A stretch of 64,000 nt of DNA from Limisphaerales bacterium (GCA_044225505.1 JBGAIN010000023.1:1-64000); one strand, 5' to 3'. Counted from the first letter of the stretch, positions 1 through 10,610 are shown. Made by a program: numbers and translations. The notes: generated by a model not told the origin, from the sequence alone.

Positions 1-218
1 GGAAAATACTTGAGCCACACTCCCGTGCCCGCCACCAAACCGACCACGACGCCGAGCAACACCCAGTTCCCTCGATCCGGTCCGTAGGACCAGTAGCTTA
101 GAACCACTCCCCCGGCCAGACAGAGCACTCCCAGGATGCCGGCAATGAGTCCGGGCAAAAGGGTCTCGACGAGCAGCAACGCAGCGCCCACCAAGATAAG
201 TGTGAGCACAGTCCACAT
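1..218 (-). CDS. NfeD-family short membrane protein, N-terminal part (runs off the window start)
   Basis: Not in the ORF track. Read by hand from the ATG at 218: MWTVLTLILVGAALLLVETLLPGLIAGILGVLCLAGGVVLSYWSYG...WLKYF. Very hydrophobic, with the 'LLLVExxLPG' pattern typical of NfeD-like proteins. Confidence 0.65.
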   Translation of the reverse strand, partial: MWTVLTLILVGAALLLVETLLPGLIAGILGVLCLAGGVVLSYWSYGPDRGNWVLLGVVVGLVAGTGVWLKYF

Positions 219-224
219 ATCAAA

Positions 225-252
225 ATAGTAAGTGATATCCCGGATGTCGCAA
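225..252 (-). promoter_or_regulatory. sigma70-like promoter, leaderless arrangement
   Basis: Minus strand TTGCGA-16 nt-TACTAT-6 nt-ATG(218). Confidence 0.5.
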
Positions 253-287
253 CGTATTTCAACCGGAACGAAGCGACCACAGCCCGC

Positions 288-2129
288 TCAGCTGTCCGCC
301 GCGTCCGAATACGCGTCTTCATCCGACACTCGCGGTTGCAGCGGCCCAATCTTGGCCGTTCGCAAGGCCAGGCGCTCGTGGAGCAGCTTTGCCCGGTCGG
401 CATCGGACAAACCCGGCTGGTTGACGCGGTGAAGCAAATCAGCCATTTGACGGTCGATCGTCTGGTTGCGCAACTTCAGGACGGTATCGATTAATTGCTG
501 CTTGGGATTGGGTAAGGCCCGATCTTCGGCCAATGCCTCGGAGATCAGGCTGCGCAAACCATCATCTTCCACATCGGTCAATAATGCCGCGGCCCCATTC
601 CAAGTTTGCGCAGCGCCCGTCGTAAACCGCAACTGAATCACCTCGCGGACCCCCGCATGCTGCACCCAAGAGCAGTCCAGGTGAGCTTCCAACCATTCCG
701 CGAGATCGTCATTTAACAAAAGAAGTTTGAGCAACCAGAGTTCGGGGGCCGATGGCGGAACGCGTTCGATTAGCTCTGCCTCGGTGTCTTCGGTCGGACG
801 GGCGGAAGGGCGACTCATTCCGGCCGCTTTACCGAATTCGGCCCGCATCGCTTCCGGAGTCACAGCCAACCGGAGCGCGGTCTTTTGTGCATATTTGTCG
901 ATCAGAACGGTGCTGCCGGTCTTTTGCAATGCCTCGGCCATTGCGTGTGCGACGCGAATTTGGCCTCGGTCAGACGTCAGATCGTTTCCGGTGCAGAGCT
1001 GGTTTAAATAGTAATCAAAGAAGCCTTGAGCCTGCTTGATCAGGTCTTGAAAAGCAGCTCCTCCGAACTTCTGAATGTAGCTGTCCGGGTCGTGGGGTGC
1101 GGGCACGGCCGCCACACGGATGGCCAGCCCTGAGTTCAACAGACTATCCAGGACACGGATTGCCGCCGCTTGGCCTGCGGTATCCGAATCGAAACAAAGC
1201 ACGACCTCGTCAACGTAGCGTTTCAAAATGCGCGCATGATCCGACGTGAAAGCCGTGCCTTGCGGTGCCACCACATTGCGCACGCCGCCCGAATGACACG
1301 CAATCAAATCGAGTTGGCCTTCGCAAACCACGGCATACTGCGCGTCGAGCAACGCTCGCTTCGCCTTGTCGAGGCCGTAAAACACTTTGCCCTTCGTGAA
1401 GATCGGTGTCTCGGGCGAGTTCACGTACTTCGCCGTCTTTTCGTCGCCGGATAACACACGCCCACTAAACGCGATGACCCGCCCTTGTTCGTCACAAATG
1501 GGGAACATCAATCGTCCACGGAAACGGTCGTAAAAGTGCGGGGCTCCGGTGCCTTCTTTGCGAATGATCAACCCGGCCTTCTCCACCAATGTGAGCTCGT
1601 AGCGTTTCGACCGCGCCCAGTTCACGGTATCGTCCCACGCATCAGGCGCGTAACCGATGCGAAACGTGGCGATGGCCTCCTGCGACACGCCACGCTTGGC
1701 CAGGTAGGCACGCGCGATTTCTCCGGCCGCGTCGTGGCTTAAGGCTTGTTGCCAGCGCTCGGCGATCCCTTCGTGCATCTCCAGGAGCGCATCTTTGATC
1801 GATCGACTTTGGGCTTCCGCAGAGGATGAAGTTGTTTCAAGAGGAATCTTCGCCCGGTCGGCCAGCCGTCGAACCGCTTCGGGAAAACTCAGGCTCTCAT
1901 ACTCCTGCAAGAAACGGAAAACGTTCCCACCTTTGTGACAACCGAAACAGTGGAAGATCTGGCGCTGGGGATTGACGTTGAAGCTTGGCGTTTTCTCTTT
2001 GTGGAACGGGCACAGGGCGACGAAGTTGGCCCCGGCGCGTTTCAACGGAAGGACCGCGCCGATGACATCGACAATGTCACTGGCGGCGCGAACTTGTTCC
2101 AACGTCGCAGGTGAAAACAGGCCAGCCAT
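288..2129 (-). CDS. dnaG: DNA primase
   Basis: Zn finger CPFHKEKTPSF...CFGC, DRFRGRLMFPI, KYVNSPET, and TOPRIM motifs EGQLD and CFDSDTAG. Confidence 0.97.
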   Translation of the reverse strand: MAGLFSPATLEQVRAASDIVDVIGAVLPLKRAGANFVALCPFHKEKTPSFNVNPQRQIFHCFGCHKGGNVFRFLQEYESLSFPEAVRRLADRAKIPLETTSSSAEAQSRSIKDALLEMHEGIAERWQQALSHDAAGEIARAYLAKRGVSQEAIATFRIGYAPDAWDDTVNWARSKRYELTLVEKAGLIIRKEGTGAPHFYDRFRGRLMFPICDEQGRVIAFSGRVLSGDEKTAKYVNSPETPIFTKGKVFYGLDKAKRALLDAQYAVVCEGQLDLIACHSGGVRNVVAPQGTAFTSDHARILKRYVDEVVLCFDSDTAGQAAAIRVLDSLLNSGLAIRVAAVPAPHDPDSYIQKFGGAAFQDLIKQAQGFFDYYLNQLCTGNDLTSDRGQIRVAHAMAEALQKTGSTVLIDKYAQKTALRLAVTPEAMRAEFGKAAGMSRPSARPTEDTEAELIERVPPSAPELWLLKLLLLNDDLAEWLEAHLDCSWVQHAGVREVIQLRFTTGAAQTWNGAAALLTDVEDDGLRSLISEALAEDRALPNPKQQLIDTVLKLRNQTIDRQMADLLHRVNQPGLSDADRAKLLHERLALRTAKIGPLQPRVSDEDAYSDAADS

Positions 2130-2151
2130 CTCAGGCTGGAATGCCCCTGGC

Positions 2152-2802
2152 TCACCGTTTTACGCCTAACGCCTCGTCCACGGCGCGCTCACTACGTCGC
2201 CCGAGCGTATCTGCTGGGCTCGCATTTGCGTCCGCAGCTGTCGCCACAATCAATTGGTGACCAAGGTACCTTTTCACCGCTTTGCCAGAGGCTGATCCAG
2301 CAAACACAGTCTGCTGCAGTCCCGCTAAGGTTGGAAAGGAAATATCACCGAAATTCTCCTGTTGCACGCGGGCACTTCGCGCGACTTCCTCAGGGCTATA
2401 ATAGACCGCGTTGAGGACGGCCATGGAGGCTAGCAAGTAACACGCAAACCGGATCGCCCCGGCGACCATGCCCATGTAATACTCCCCAGCCCCGAACACA
2501 TCGCTGCCCACGAGTTTTTCGCCCACCATCCGTTTGAGCGACCCGAAGACGAACCGCACCACAATCAGCACGAACAAATAAGCCGTCACGTATCCAAACG
2601 ACGGCGAGACGTGAACAAAGTCAGCCAGGGCCCGGCCCACCGGGCGATAGGACAGACTGCCGAGAACGAGAATGGCCAGCCACTTGACCAGATCGAGAAG
2701 TTCTTCGGACATGCCCCGACTCCGCCCGCGCATCACCCCAACTCCAAGCACGATGATGACGGCCAGATCAAACCAGTTGTATGCGAAACCGTATGCCTGC
2801 AT
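2152..2802 (-). CDS. CvpA (colicin V production) family membrane protein
   Basis: N-terminal NWFDLAV...GVMRGRSRG motif and about 4 hydrophobic segments. Confidence 0.75.
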   Translation of the reverse strand: MQAYGFAYNWFDLAVIIVLGVGVMRGRSRGMSEELLDLVKWLAILVLGSLSYRPVGRALADFVHVSPSFGYVTAYLFVLIVVRFVFGSLKRMVGEKLVGSDVFGAGEYYMGMVAGAIRFACYLLASMAVLNAVYYSPEEVARSARVQQENFGDISFPTLAGLQQTVFAGSASGKAVKRYLGHQLIVATAADANASPADTLGRRSERAVDEALGVKR

Positions 2803-2945
2803 AGGTCGAATGACGTAAACGAGCGTATCGGCGGACGGAACTCATCGTCAGCCGAACGGCCCAGACGTTATCGAGCAGGCTATATGCCTCTCCCAAAGTT
2901 GCGGATTTAGAACAGCTTGCCCGTCGGGACGGGTACCTATACCCC

Positions 2946-4907
2946 CTACGGGTTGGCCGCCAGCCAGAATCGGATCGCTGAAGCTTGCGAGTGTTGCGGA
3001 TCGAGTTCCAAGACCCGCCGATAATGAGTCCGTGCTAAGTCTGGGCGGCTTAACCTCTCCGCATACAGACTGGCCAGTGAAAGGTGAGCGCGGGTCTCGT
3101 CGGGATGTTGTTCGATCACTTGCTCCAATTGGGTTGCGGAATCCTGATAGTAACCCGCCTCTTCCAGCGTCAACGCAAAATTGTAGCGCCCATTGGCCGA
3201 TGTCGGATTTATAGACAAAGCGGTTTCATATGCGGACAACGACTGCGCCCAATCCTTGGACTCATAAGCAGCCAGTCCCAGATTGTAATGCGCTTCAAAA
3301 AAGCTCGGATCGAGAGTCGCGGCTTTGCGATAATTCTGGATGGCGTCGGCCAACCGGCGGTCACGATGGGCTTGGACCGCTTCCGAAAAATATGGGTCGG
3401 CTTTCGACCTATCCCCAGGCGCCGGGCGTGCGGGAGTCAGATACGTGTAGCGACGGCCTGTGGACGCCGAGCTCGACGGCGCCAGTGGGGCCCGGCCTCC
3501 GACCGGACTGGGAGCCCGCTGCACTTCCGCCTTCGCTATCGTTCGTGGCTCGGCCCCAGTTTCCGATGGGGTTGGGGTCGTCGCATTGCGCCGCTTGCCT
3601 TTAAACCATGTGGATGGATTCAGACGTTCGCCGATTTTCTTCTTCTCCCTGGGCGGCTCGGCGCGAACGGACTCGTCCACTCGCGGGGTCACCACGGTGT
3701 AGGGTTGCATCGCGGGTGGTGCCGTGACAATGGGTGGCGAAACCGTTTCCGGAACGCGCGCGCGCTCGTCTTGCGCCACTCTGAGAGGAGCATCATCAGC
3801 CACTTGAACAACATCGGGCACTCGCTTCGGTTCCGGCGCCACGGTCTCTGGCACCGGACTGGGAGGCGGTGTTTGAACGGGAGCTTTGACCACGGTTGGC
3901 GACTCCGTGCGACGTGCTGGAGTGTGCACCAATTCCGGAGGCGCGCTCTGTTCAGGCGATGCCACACGCTCTGGAACCGGCTTTTCTTTGGCGCGTGTGG
4001 GCTCCGGGGCTGCCGTGGATGGTGCTGGCACCCTGGCGACAAACACATTCGTAAGAACTCTGGGCGTGGGAGCAGGTTCAGTCACTCTTGGAGTCGACGG
4101 CGCGGGCGGGTTGGAGACGACATTCGTCAGTTCTCGACGCGGCGACGGAGAAGCCTCGGCTTGCAAATCCCGAATGGCCTGATGGACTGCTTCGGCGTCT
4201 TTCGCATGGGGGTGAATGTCCAGGTACTCCTGGTATTTCTGCAGGGCTAAAGGCCGGTTATTAAGATGATGCTGCTGTAAGACGGCCAAGTTCAATAAGG
4301 CAGGTGCGTATTCGGGTTGACGTTGCAGCGCTAGGTTAAAGCAATTCAGAGCTTCTTTGGGTCGCTTTCGTTGCACCTGCAGGACGCCCAACCCGTTCCA
4401 GGCTTCGGGCGAATTTGGGCGAAGATTCAACACTTTTTGGAAGCTGATTTCGGCGCTGTCCCATTGGCGGCAGCGGAGCTGAGCCGTCCCGAGCTTGAGC
4501 CAACCGTCCGCGGATTCGCGTTCCAGGAGCGTATAAGAAGTCAGCTCGGCCACGGCTGCTTGCGGGTCATTCTGCTCCATGAGCAGGCAACCGAGGTTGT
4601 AGCGCACGGGCGTGAGGTTCATGTCCAGGCGCCGGGCTTGCTCATAGGCTTTGAGCGCGTCATCGGATTGTCCAGCCTGGTGGTAGGCCAAGCCTAGGTG
4701 GTTCCAGGCCTGAGCGTTAGAAGGCAACAACCGCGTCGCCGTTTCAAAACGCCGGATGGCCTCCGGGAGTTTTCCGGCCTGAAGATACCGCTCGCCCTCG
4801 AGGAGCGCACGTGGACCGGACGGCGTACACCCAGTCAGGACGACGCCCAAACTCCAGGCCAAGGCCAGCGCACCCGATGCGATGCGCCAGTTTTTAGTGG
4901 TCAGCAT
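2946..4907 (-). CDS. Tetratricopeptide-repeat lipoprotein with a Pro-rich linker
   Basis: Lipobox-like LTGC; TPR units (AWNHLGLAY, AHYNLGLA) in both N- and C-terminal blocks; central Pro/Thr/Glu-rich region. Start placed at ATG 4907. Confidence 0.85.
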   Translation of the reverse strand: MLTTKNWRIASGALALAWSLGVVLTGCTPSGPRALLEGERYLQAGKLPEAIRRFETATRLLPSNAQAWNHLGLAYHQAGQSDDALKAYEQARRLDMNLTPVRYNLGCLLMEQNDPQAAVAELTSYTLLERESADGWLKLGTAQLRCRQWDSAEISFQKVLNLRPNSPEAWNGLGVLQVQRKRPKEALNCFNLALQRQPEYAPALLNLAVLQQHHLNNRPLALQKYQEYLDIHPHAKDAEAVHQAIRDLQAEASPSPRRELTNVVSNPPAPSTPRVTEPAPTPRVLTNVFVARVPAPSTAAPEPTRAKEKPVPERVASPEQSAPPELVHTPARRTESPTVVKAPVQTPPPSPVPETVAPEPKRVPDVVQVADDAPLRVAQDERARVPETVSPPIVTAPPAMQPYTVVTPRVDESVRAEPPREKKKIGERLNPSTWFKGKRRNATTPTPSETGAEPRTIAKAEVQRAPSPVGGRAPLAPSSSASTGRRYTYLTPARPAPGDRSKADPYFSEAVQAHRDRRLADAIQNYRKAATLDPSFFEAHYNLGLAAYESKDWAQSLSAYETALSINPTSANGRYNFALTLEEAGYYQDSATQLEQVIEQHPDETRAHLSLASLYAERLSRPDLARTHYRRVLELDPQHSQASAIRFWLAANP

Positions 4908-4957
4908 TATCCACGGTGGTAGCATTCGCGGCTCGACGCGTCAAGAAACGCGCCTGT

Positions 4958-6016
4958 ATGTCAGCGTATACTCGGCTCAGTCTATTCTTGCTCGGATTGT
5001 GGTTTGCTGTTTCTCCGCAGTTGCTTGGCGAGGAGCGGGCAACGGTTCGTTCTTATGCTTTGGCCCGCGCCCGGGTAGTGGTGGTCGATGACCCCCACTC
5101 CGTCGTTGCTTTCAACCCGGTCGGCGACATCGTCGATGAAATGGTCAATCGTGGATTGGTCGCCCTCACTGGAAAAGACACCCCGGGAGCTGCTTGGAAG
5201 TCCCTGGTCAATTCGCAGGATGTGGTCGGTCTAAAAGTCTTTTCGGCCCCCGGTGGAACAAGCGGTACGCGTCCCGCCGTTGCGGCTGCGGTCGTCAAGT
5301 CCATGATCGCCGCTGGCATTTCGGCCAAACAAATCATTATCTGGGATAAACGCCTGGCTGACTTGCGGTTGGCCGGTTTCGGCGAACTTGTTGACCGCTT
5401 CGGCATCCAGCTTGCCGGTAGCAGCGATGAAGGGTACGACCCGAAATCATTCTACGAAACGGCACTCCTCGGGACTTTGGTCTGGGGCGATTTGGAGTTT
5501 GGGAAGAAAGGCGACAACCTGGGAAGGAAGTCCTATGTCAGCAAGCTGTTGACGCAGCGGTTAACCAAGATCGTCAACCTCACCCCGTTGCTTAACCACA
5601 ACTTCGCCTACGTGTCCGGCAATCTCTACAGCCTCGCCATGGGAAGCGTCGACAATACGATCCGGTTGGAGACTGTCCCCTCACAATTGGTGGAGTCTGT
5701 TCCCGAAGTCTATGCTCTGCCGGAGCTGGGTGACAGGGTGGTCCTGAACATCGTGGACGCTCTCATTTGCCAATATCAAGGGGAGGAACGCATGCTCCTC
5801 CATTACTCGACGATGCTCCACCAACTCCGTTTCAGCACGGACCCGGTGGCGTTGGACGTGCTTTCGGTGCAGGAGTTGGAACGTCAGCGTCAACGCGCCC
5901 GCGTGCCCTCGGTCAAAGTGAGTTGGCAGATGTATACCAACGCGAGCCTCCTCGAGCTCGGCACGAGCGATCCGCGGTTGATCGACGTCATCAAACTGGA
6001 TAGCAGCTCCCAATAA
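4958..6016 (+). CDS. DUF362-domain secreted protein
   Basis: Signal peptide, DVVGLKV, TRPAVAAAVV, IIIWD and 'DPVALD' motifs of the DUF362 family. The start could be as early as 4916. Confidence 0.65.
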   Translation: MSAYTRLSLFLLGLWFAVSPQLLGEERATVRSYALARARVVVVDDPHSVVAFNPVGDIVDEMVNRGLVALTGKDTPGAAWKSLVNSQDVVGLKVFSAPGGTSGTRPAVAAAVVKSMIAAGISAKQIIIWDKRLADLRLAGFGELVDRFGIQLAGSSDEGYDPKSFYETALLGTLVWGDLEFGKKGDNLGRKSYVSKLLTQRLTKIVNLTPLLNHNFAYVSGNLYSLAMGSVDNTIRLETVPSQLVESVPEVYALPELGDRVVLNIVDALICQYQGEERMLLHYSTMLHQLRFSTDPVALDVLSVQELERQRQRARVPSVKVSWQMYTNASLLELGTSDPRLIDVIKLDSSSQ

Positions 6017-6041
6017 ACCGCCGGTCCAGTTCGCCCCCCGC

Positions 6042-8894
6042 TTAAACCGCAGTCACCGCCTGGACACACCTGGCGCAGATCGTCGGGTGGGCCGGATTCA
6101 CTCCCACAGTCGATTCCCAATGCCAGCAACGCTCACACTTGGTGCCGTCAGCGTGAGACAAGGCGACGGTCACCTTGTCGCCGTCATTGAGCTCGAGCGT
6201 TAATGCCGAAACATTAAGCAACTCGCGCAGTTCCTCTTCCTGACCAACGACGCCCTCGAGTTCCGCCCGAGGGCCGGAGATCTTGAGCTGCGCTTCCAAC
6301 GCTTTCCCAATCTGCTTGTTTTGGCGGGCCTGCTCCAACTCGAGCAGGGCTTTGGAGCGCAGTTCGAACAGCTTTTGCCAGAGGGCGGTCTCGGCTTCAC
6401 TGCGGTTGAACCGCGACGGCGCCCAATTCGTTTCATGGACAGACGGCGTCTTGTTGCCGGGCAAGAACTCCCAAGCTTCGTCCGCTGTAAACGCCAGGAC
6501 CGGCGCTAGCATCCGGCAAAGCCCGTTCGCCAGGCGGTACAGTGTGGTCTGGGTCGAGCGGCGGCGCCGCGATCCGGCAGCGTCCGTGTAGAGCCGATCT
6601 TTCACGACATCATGATAGATCGCGGACAATTCCACCGCGGTAAACTGGCTGATCCGTTGATAAACCACATGAAACTCGAACGCTTCGTAAGACGCACAGA
6701 CAAGCTGCTCCAACTGGCTAAACTCGCCCAAAATCCAACGGTCCAGCGGTGTGAGTTGGTCGTCCGAAACAGCGTGTTTGCTCGGATCAAAGTCATAGAG
6801 ATTCGAAAGCTGGTATCGCAAGGTATTGCGTAGCATCCGATAGGTCTCGCTCACCTTGTTGATGCGATCTTCGCTAACCACAATGTCATTCCGGAAATCC
6901 TGCGAGCTCACCCACAAGCGGACCACATCAGCGCCATACTTTGCGACGTAGGCTTCCGCGGTTTGCGGCTTTTCATACCCGCCCTGCCCCTGCTTGCTCT
7001 TGGAGATTTTCTCGCGATCCGCATCGACCATAAAGCCGTGGGTGAGCACGGTGCGGTATGGTGCTGAACCGTTCCCAGCCATGGAAAGCAACAGGGACGA
7101 TTGGAACCAGCCACGGTGTTGATCACTGCCTTCCAGATACATATCAGCCTGCCAACGCGGTCCAGTCCCAGCTGCACCGCGTTCGTACTCGGGCCGTTGC
7201 TGGATAACACTCCTCGAGGACGAACCCGAGTCGATCCAGACGTCGAGCGTGTCCCCGGATTTAGTGGCTGCCTCAGGACCTTTCCAGTCTCCAGGTCGCA
7301 CGTCCCGCCAGAGCTCTTCGCAGCTTCGCTCAAACCAGACTTGCGACCCGTGCTGTTCGACGAGCTTGGCTGTGTTGCGAATGATTGCCGGGTCCAGAAG
7401 CGCCTCGCCCCCGGCACTGAAAAAAGCTGGTATCGGAAGTCCCCAACTGCGCTGGCGCGAAATGCACCAGTCGGGTCGCGACTTCACGGCGGCTTCGATC
7501 CGGTTCTTGCCCCAGTCAGGCACCCAGCGCACTTGATCGATCTCTTCCAGCACAGTCTGGCGAAACGTTTTGCCGTCGGCTGAAGAACCAGGTGCAGTCG
7601 GGAGAACGTGGTCGATCTTAATGAACCATTGATCCATGGCGCGGAAGATCACCGGCGTCTTGCTGCGCCAACAGAAAGGGTAACTGTGGCTGTAATTTTC
7701 TTGGTGCACCAGCATGCCACGCTCTCGCAAGAGCGCGAGCACCGCTTCGTTCGCCTCACTCTTGCCCTGCTTTTCCAGGATCGACTTTCCGATCAAGCCG
7801 GACGGCATCTGCTTCTCCACTGGCAATTCGCTGGTGTAGGCAAAGCGACCATCGTCATCCACGGGCGAATAGATGGGCAACCCCTGTTGCAGACCAATCC
7901 CGTAATCCTCCAAGCCGTGGCCTGGAGCGATATGGACAAAGCCCGTCCCCGTCGAACTCTCGACGAAACTGTCGCCCGGGAAAAGTCGCGCGGTTCGGTC
8001 AATGAACGGATGCTTTACTTCGATCTGGCTCAAGTGATCGCCGTAGAGACTCCGCTCGATCTCGTAATTCTCCCAGCCGCATTTTTCAGAGACTTGCGAC
8101 AGGAGCAAGGTGGAGAGGATGTAATGCTCGTCCCCAACTCGAACCATGGAATAGCTAAACGTCGAATTGTAGGCGATGGCCAGGTTCGCGGGTAGCGTCC
8201 ACGGCGTCGTCGTCCAGATGAGCACCGACAATCCAGGATGTCCCATGACAGGAAACTTGACGAAAACGCTCTGGCTGATGTGGTCGTGATATTCCACTTC
8301 CGCTTCGGCCAACGCCGTCCGGCAAGGGATGCTCCAATAGATCGGCTTCTTGCCGCGATAGACGAACCCCTTTTCCACAATGTCCGCAAACAAGCGCAGC
8401 TCATTGGCTTCGTAGGAGGGCGCCAGAGTGATATAAGGCTTGCCCCAATCGCCCAGGATGCCCAGACGCTCAAATTGTTTCTGCTGGATCCCCATGTACT
8501 TGCGGGCATAGGCCTCGCACGCCTTGCGAATCTTAGAAGGACTGCTCTCCGTGTCCCCCGCTTTCCTCAGTTCTTGGGTCACCTTAAACTCGATGGGCAG
8601 ACCGTGGGTGTCCCAGCCAGGGATGTACGGGGCGCTCTTCCCGCGCAAGGTCTGGAGTTTGATGATGATATCCTTGAGAATCTTGTTGAGCGCCGTCCCC
8701 ACGTGCACATCGCCGTTCGTGAAAGGCGGCCCGTCGTGCAGAATGAACTTCTCTCCTCCGCGTCGCCCCTCTTGGATACGCTCGTAAAGGCCGGCCGATT
8801 GCCATTTTTGCAGGCGCATCGGTTCGCGTGCCACTAGATCCGCCTTCATCGGGAAGTCGGTCTTCGGCAGGTTCAGAGTCTCTTTGTAGTCCAT
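6042..8894 (-). CDS. ileS: Isoleucine--tRNA ligase (type 1, with C-terminal Zn finger)
   Basis: LHDGPPF, GWDTHGLPIE, WTTTPWTLP, DWCISRQR, EGSDQHRGWF, KISKS and C-terminal CERCW...CARC. Confidence 0.97.
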   Translation of the reverse strand: MDYKETLNLPKTDFPMKADLVAREPMRLQKWQSAGLYERIQEGRRGGEKFILHDGPPFTNGDVHVGTALNKILKDIIIKLQTLRGKSAPYIPGWDTHGLPIEFKVTQELRKAGDTESSPSKIRKACEAYARKYMGIQQKQFERLGILGDWGKPYITLAPSYEANELRLFADIVEKGFVYRGKKPIYWSIPCRTALAEAEVEYHDHISQSVFVKFPVMGHPGLSVLIWTTTPWTLPANLAIAYNSTFSYSMVRVGDEHYILSTLLLSQVSEKCGWENYEIERSLYGDHLSQIEVKHPFIDRTARLFPGDSFVESSTGTGFVHIAPGHGLEDYGIGLQQGLPIYSPVDDDGRFAYTSELPVEKQMPSGLIGKSILEKQGKSEANEAVLALLRERGMLVHQENYSHSYPFCWRSKTPVIFRAMDQWFIKIDHVLPTAPGSSADGKTFRQTVLEEIDQVRWVPDWGKNRIEAAVKSRPDWCISRQRSWGLPIPAFFSAGGEALLDPAIIRNTAKLVEQHGSQVWFERSCEELWRDVRPGDWKGPEAATKSGDTLDVWIDSGSSSRSVIQQRPEYERGAAGTGPRWQADMYLEGSDQHRGWFQSSLLLSMAGNGSAPYRTVLTHGFMVDADREKISKSKQGQGGYEKPQTAEAYVAKYGADVVRLWVSSQDFRNDIVVSEDRINKVSETYRMLRNTLRYQLSNLYDFDPSKHAVSDDQLTPLDRWILGEFSQLEQLVCASYEAFEFHVVYQRISQFTAVELSAIYHDVVKDRLYTDAAGSRRRRSTQTTLYRLANGLCRMLAPVLAFTADEAWEFLPGNKTPSVHETNWAPSRFNRSEAETALWQKLFELRSKALLELEQARQNKQIGKALEAQLKISGPRAELEGVVGQEEELRELLNVSALTLELNDGDKVTVALSHADGTKCERCWHWESTVGVNPAHPTICARCVQAVTAV

Positions 8895-8962
8895 CGCAGC
8901 TCTTCCGTTCTAGGGCGAAAGCCCTGTAAGAACGCGCAACCTAACAGCCGTCCAGGCGAGTG

Positions 8963-10393
8963 TCAACGCGACCGCCCAGGCCAATTCAGGTTTGCTACGT
9001 TGGTTGTCCAGATCGGTTCCGTCCCTGCGGACGGATCGAATTTGAAATTATCTAAATTGAGGAATTCGACTCCATCCGCCGCCAACACCGGCCTGGAATC
9101 CGCGCTCGTTAGACTCATCCGGACGTCTTGGACCGTGAGCGTTCGGACATTGCGCGCATACAATCCCCATGCAGGCAATGCCCGCGCGTCCACTCCCGGG
9201 CTTTGCACACGTTGGGTCAACTGCTCCTGCCGACCTCCACCCAGGAACTCCACTTGCGCAGCGCGCAGCGTCACGTTCGTAATCGGCGCATCGCTCCAAC
9301 CTTCCACGGATATCGCCGACCGATAAACCCCGGTGGCGACCAGATCCGCGATGGTGATCCGACCGACCGTGTTGCCCGTTCGATTCCAGATCGTCACGGG
9401 CGAAGCCACGTTCTGCATCGTGATCCCCGCCATCAGCACGTCGTCGAGCAAACCGCGGGTGGCGTCCCAGGCCCCAGGCTGCAGAATGATCCCGGAAAGC
9501 ATATTAGTCCGACGGCGCTCTCCCGATGTTCGGTGCGGCTGCAACCCAGGCCCATAGAACAGACAACGATTCACGATCAAGCGAGTGGCCGGTCCGATCA
9601 GGCGGATCCCATTACACGAGGAATTAATGACGCAGTCTGAGATCACTGTTTGATCCCAATAACGGCCGGCAATCGAATCGTCGCCCGTATAGAACTGGCA
9701 ACCAAGAATGCGGACATTGTTGCACCACCGCTCGGGAGCGCCTCGCCAATGGACTCCATCCCAACCTCCAATGAACTTAACGTTGCGGATTTCCACGTCA
9801 TCACTGACTTGGAAATAGATGCCATAGTTCGCCGCATCCCGGATCGTGATATCGCGCATTGCAAAGCGGCGGCAATTCACAAACACCACTCCATGCGGAC
9901 CACGCATATGTTCCTCACCCTCCGGATCGAACACCTTGTTGCCGTCAATCGTTCCCGAACCGCAGATAGTCACGTCTTCCACGTTCTCACCCACAATCAA
10001 ACCGCGATGCCATTTCCCCCAGCGCGCTTCCGGCACGAACGAGGGGGGTTGAGGCTGCCCGTATTCCGCCAGATTCGTAGTTCCGACCAAGCGCGCGCCC
10101 GGTGCCAGGAATAAAGTCAAATGGCTGCGAAGATAAACCGTCCCCGTGCGGTAATCACCGGGCGGGACGTAAACCTGACCGCCCCCAGCCACCGCGCAGG
10201 CATCGATCGCACGGTTCAGGCTGGCCGTATCTGTCGCTTTGCCATCTCCAATAGCTCCAAACGCGCGGACATCGAAGATGCCTGAGGAGGTCTCAGCTGT
10301 CGCGAGATCTCCGGTGGCAAGCACCGCACCGGCCAGCAGACCAAACCAAACCAGGCGGTTGTTCAGGAACGAAGCGGCAGGAGTGGTTTTCAT
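8963..10393 (-). CDS. Glycoside hydrolase family 28 / pectin-lyase-fold beta-helix protein
   Basis: Signal peptide, FDVRAFGAIGDGKATDT, VYVPPGDY, GSGTIDGN, GDDSIA. Confidence 0.85.
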   Translation of the reverse strand: MKTTPAASFLNNRLVWFGLLAGAVLATGDLATAETSSGIFDVRAFGAIGDGKATDTASLNRAIDACAVAGGGQVYVPPGDYRTGTVYLRSHLTLFLAPGARLVGTTNLAEYGQPQPPSFVPEARWGKWHRGLIVGENVEDVTICGSGTIDGNKVFDPEGEEHMRGPHGVVFVNCRRFAMRDITIRDAANYGIYFQVSDDVEIRNVKFIGGWDGVHWRGAPERWCNNVRILGCQFYTGDDSIAGRYWDQTVISDCVINSSCNGIRLIGPATRLIVNRCLFYGPGLQPHRTSGERRRTNMLSGIILQPGAWDATRGLLDDVLMAGITMQNVASPVTIWNRTGNTVGRITIADLVATGVYRSAISVEGWSDAPITNVTLRAAQVEFLGGGRQEQLTQRVQSPGVDARALPAWGLYARNVRTLTVQDVRMSLTSADSRPVLAADGVEFLNLDNFKFDPSAGTEPIWTTNVANLNWPGRSR

Positions 10394-10405
10394 GAGACGT
10401 TGATG

Positions 10406-10433
10406 AGAGTATCGAGCGCTTGCGGCCGGTCAA
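10406..10433 (-). promoter_or_regulatory. sigma70-like promoter for the GH28 gene
   Basis: Minus strand TTGACC-16 nt-TACTCT, 12 nt before ATG 10393. Confidence 0.5.
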
Positions 10434-10610
10434 GCGACTGAGGGAGAGCCTGATGATCCGAGCGGAGGACACCGGAGGAAAGTTTCGTCATCGCTCCCCC
10501 ATGCGAGCGGCGGTTGGGCAGTGTAGGATAGCGGAAGTTAAACAAAAAGCCCCGGGGATGGACGGTCGGGAAGGGGCGGCAAATCAACCGTTCGAAACGA
10601 AAGGAACGCT

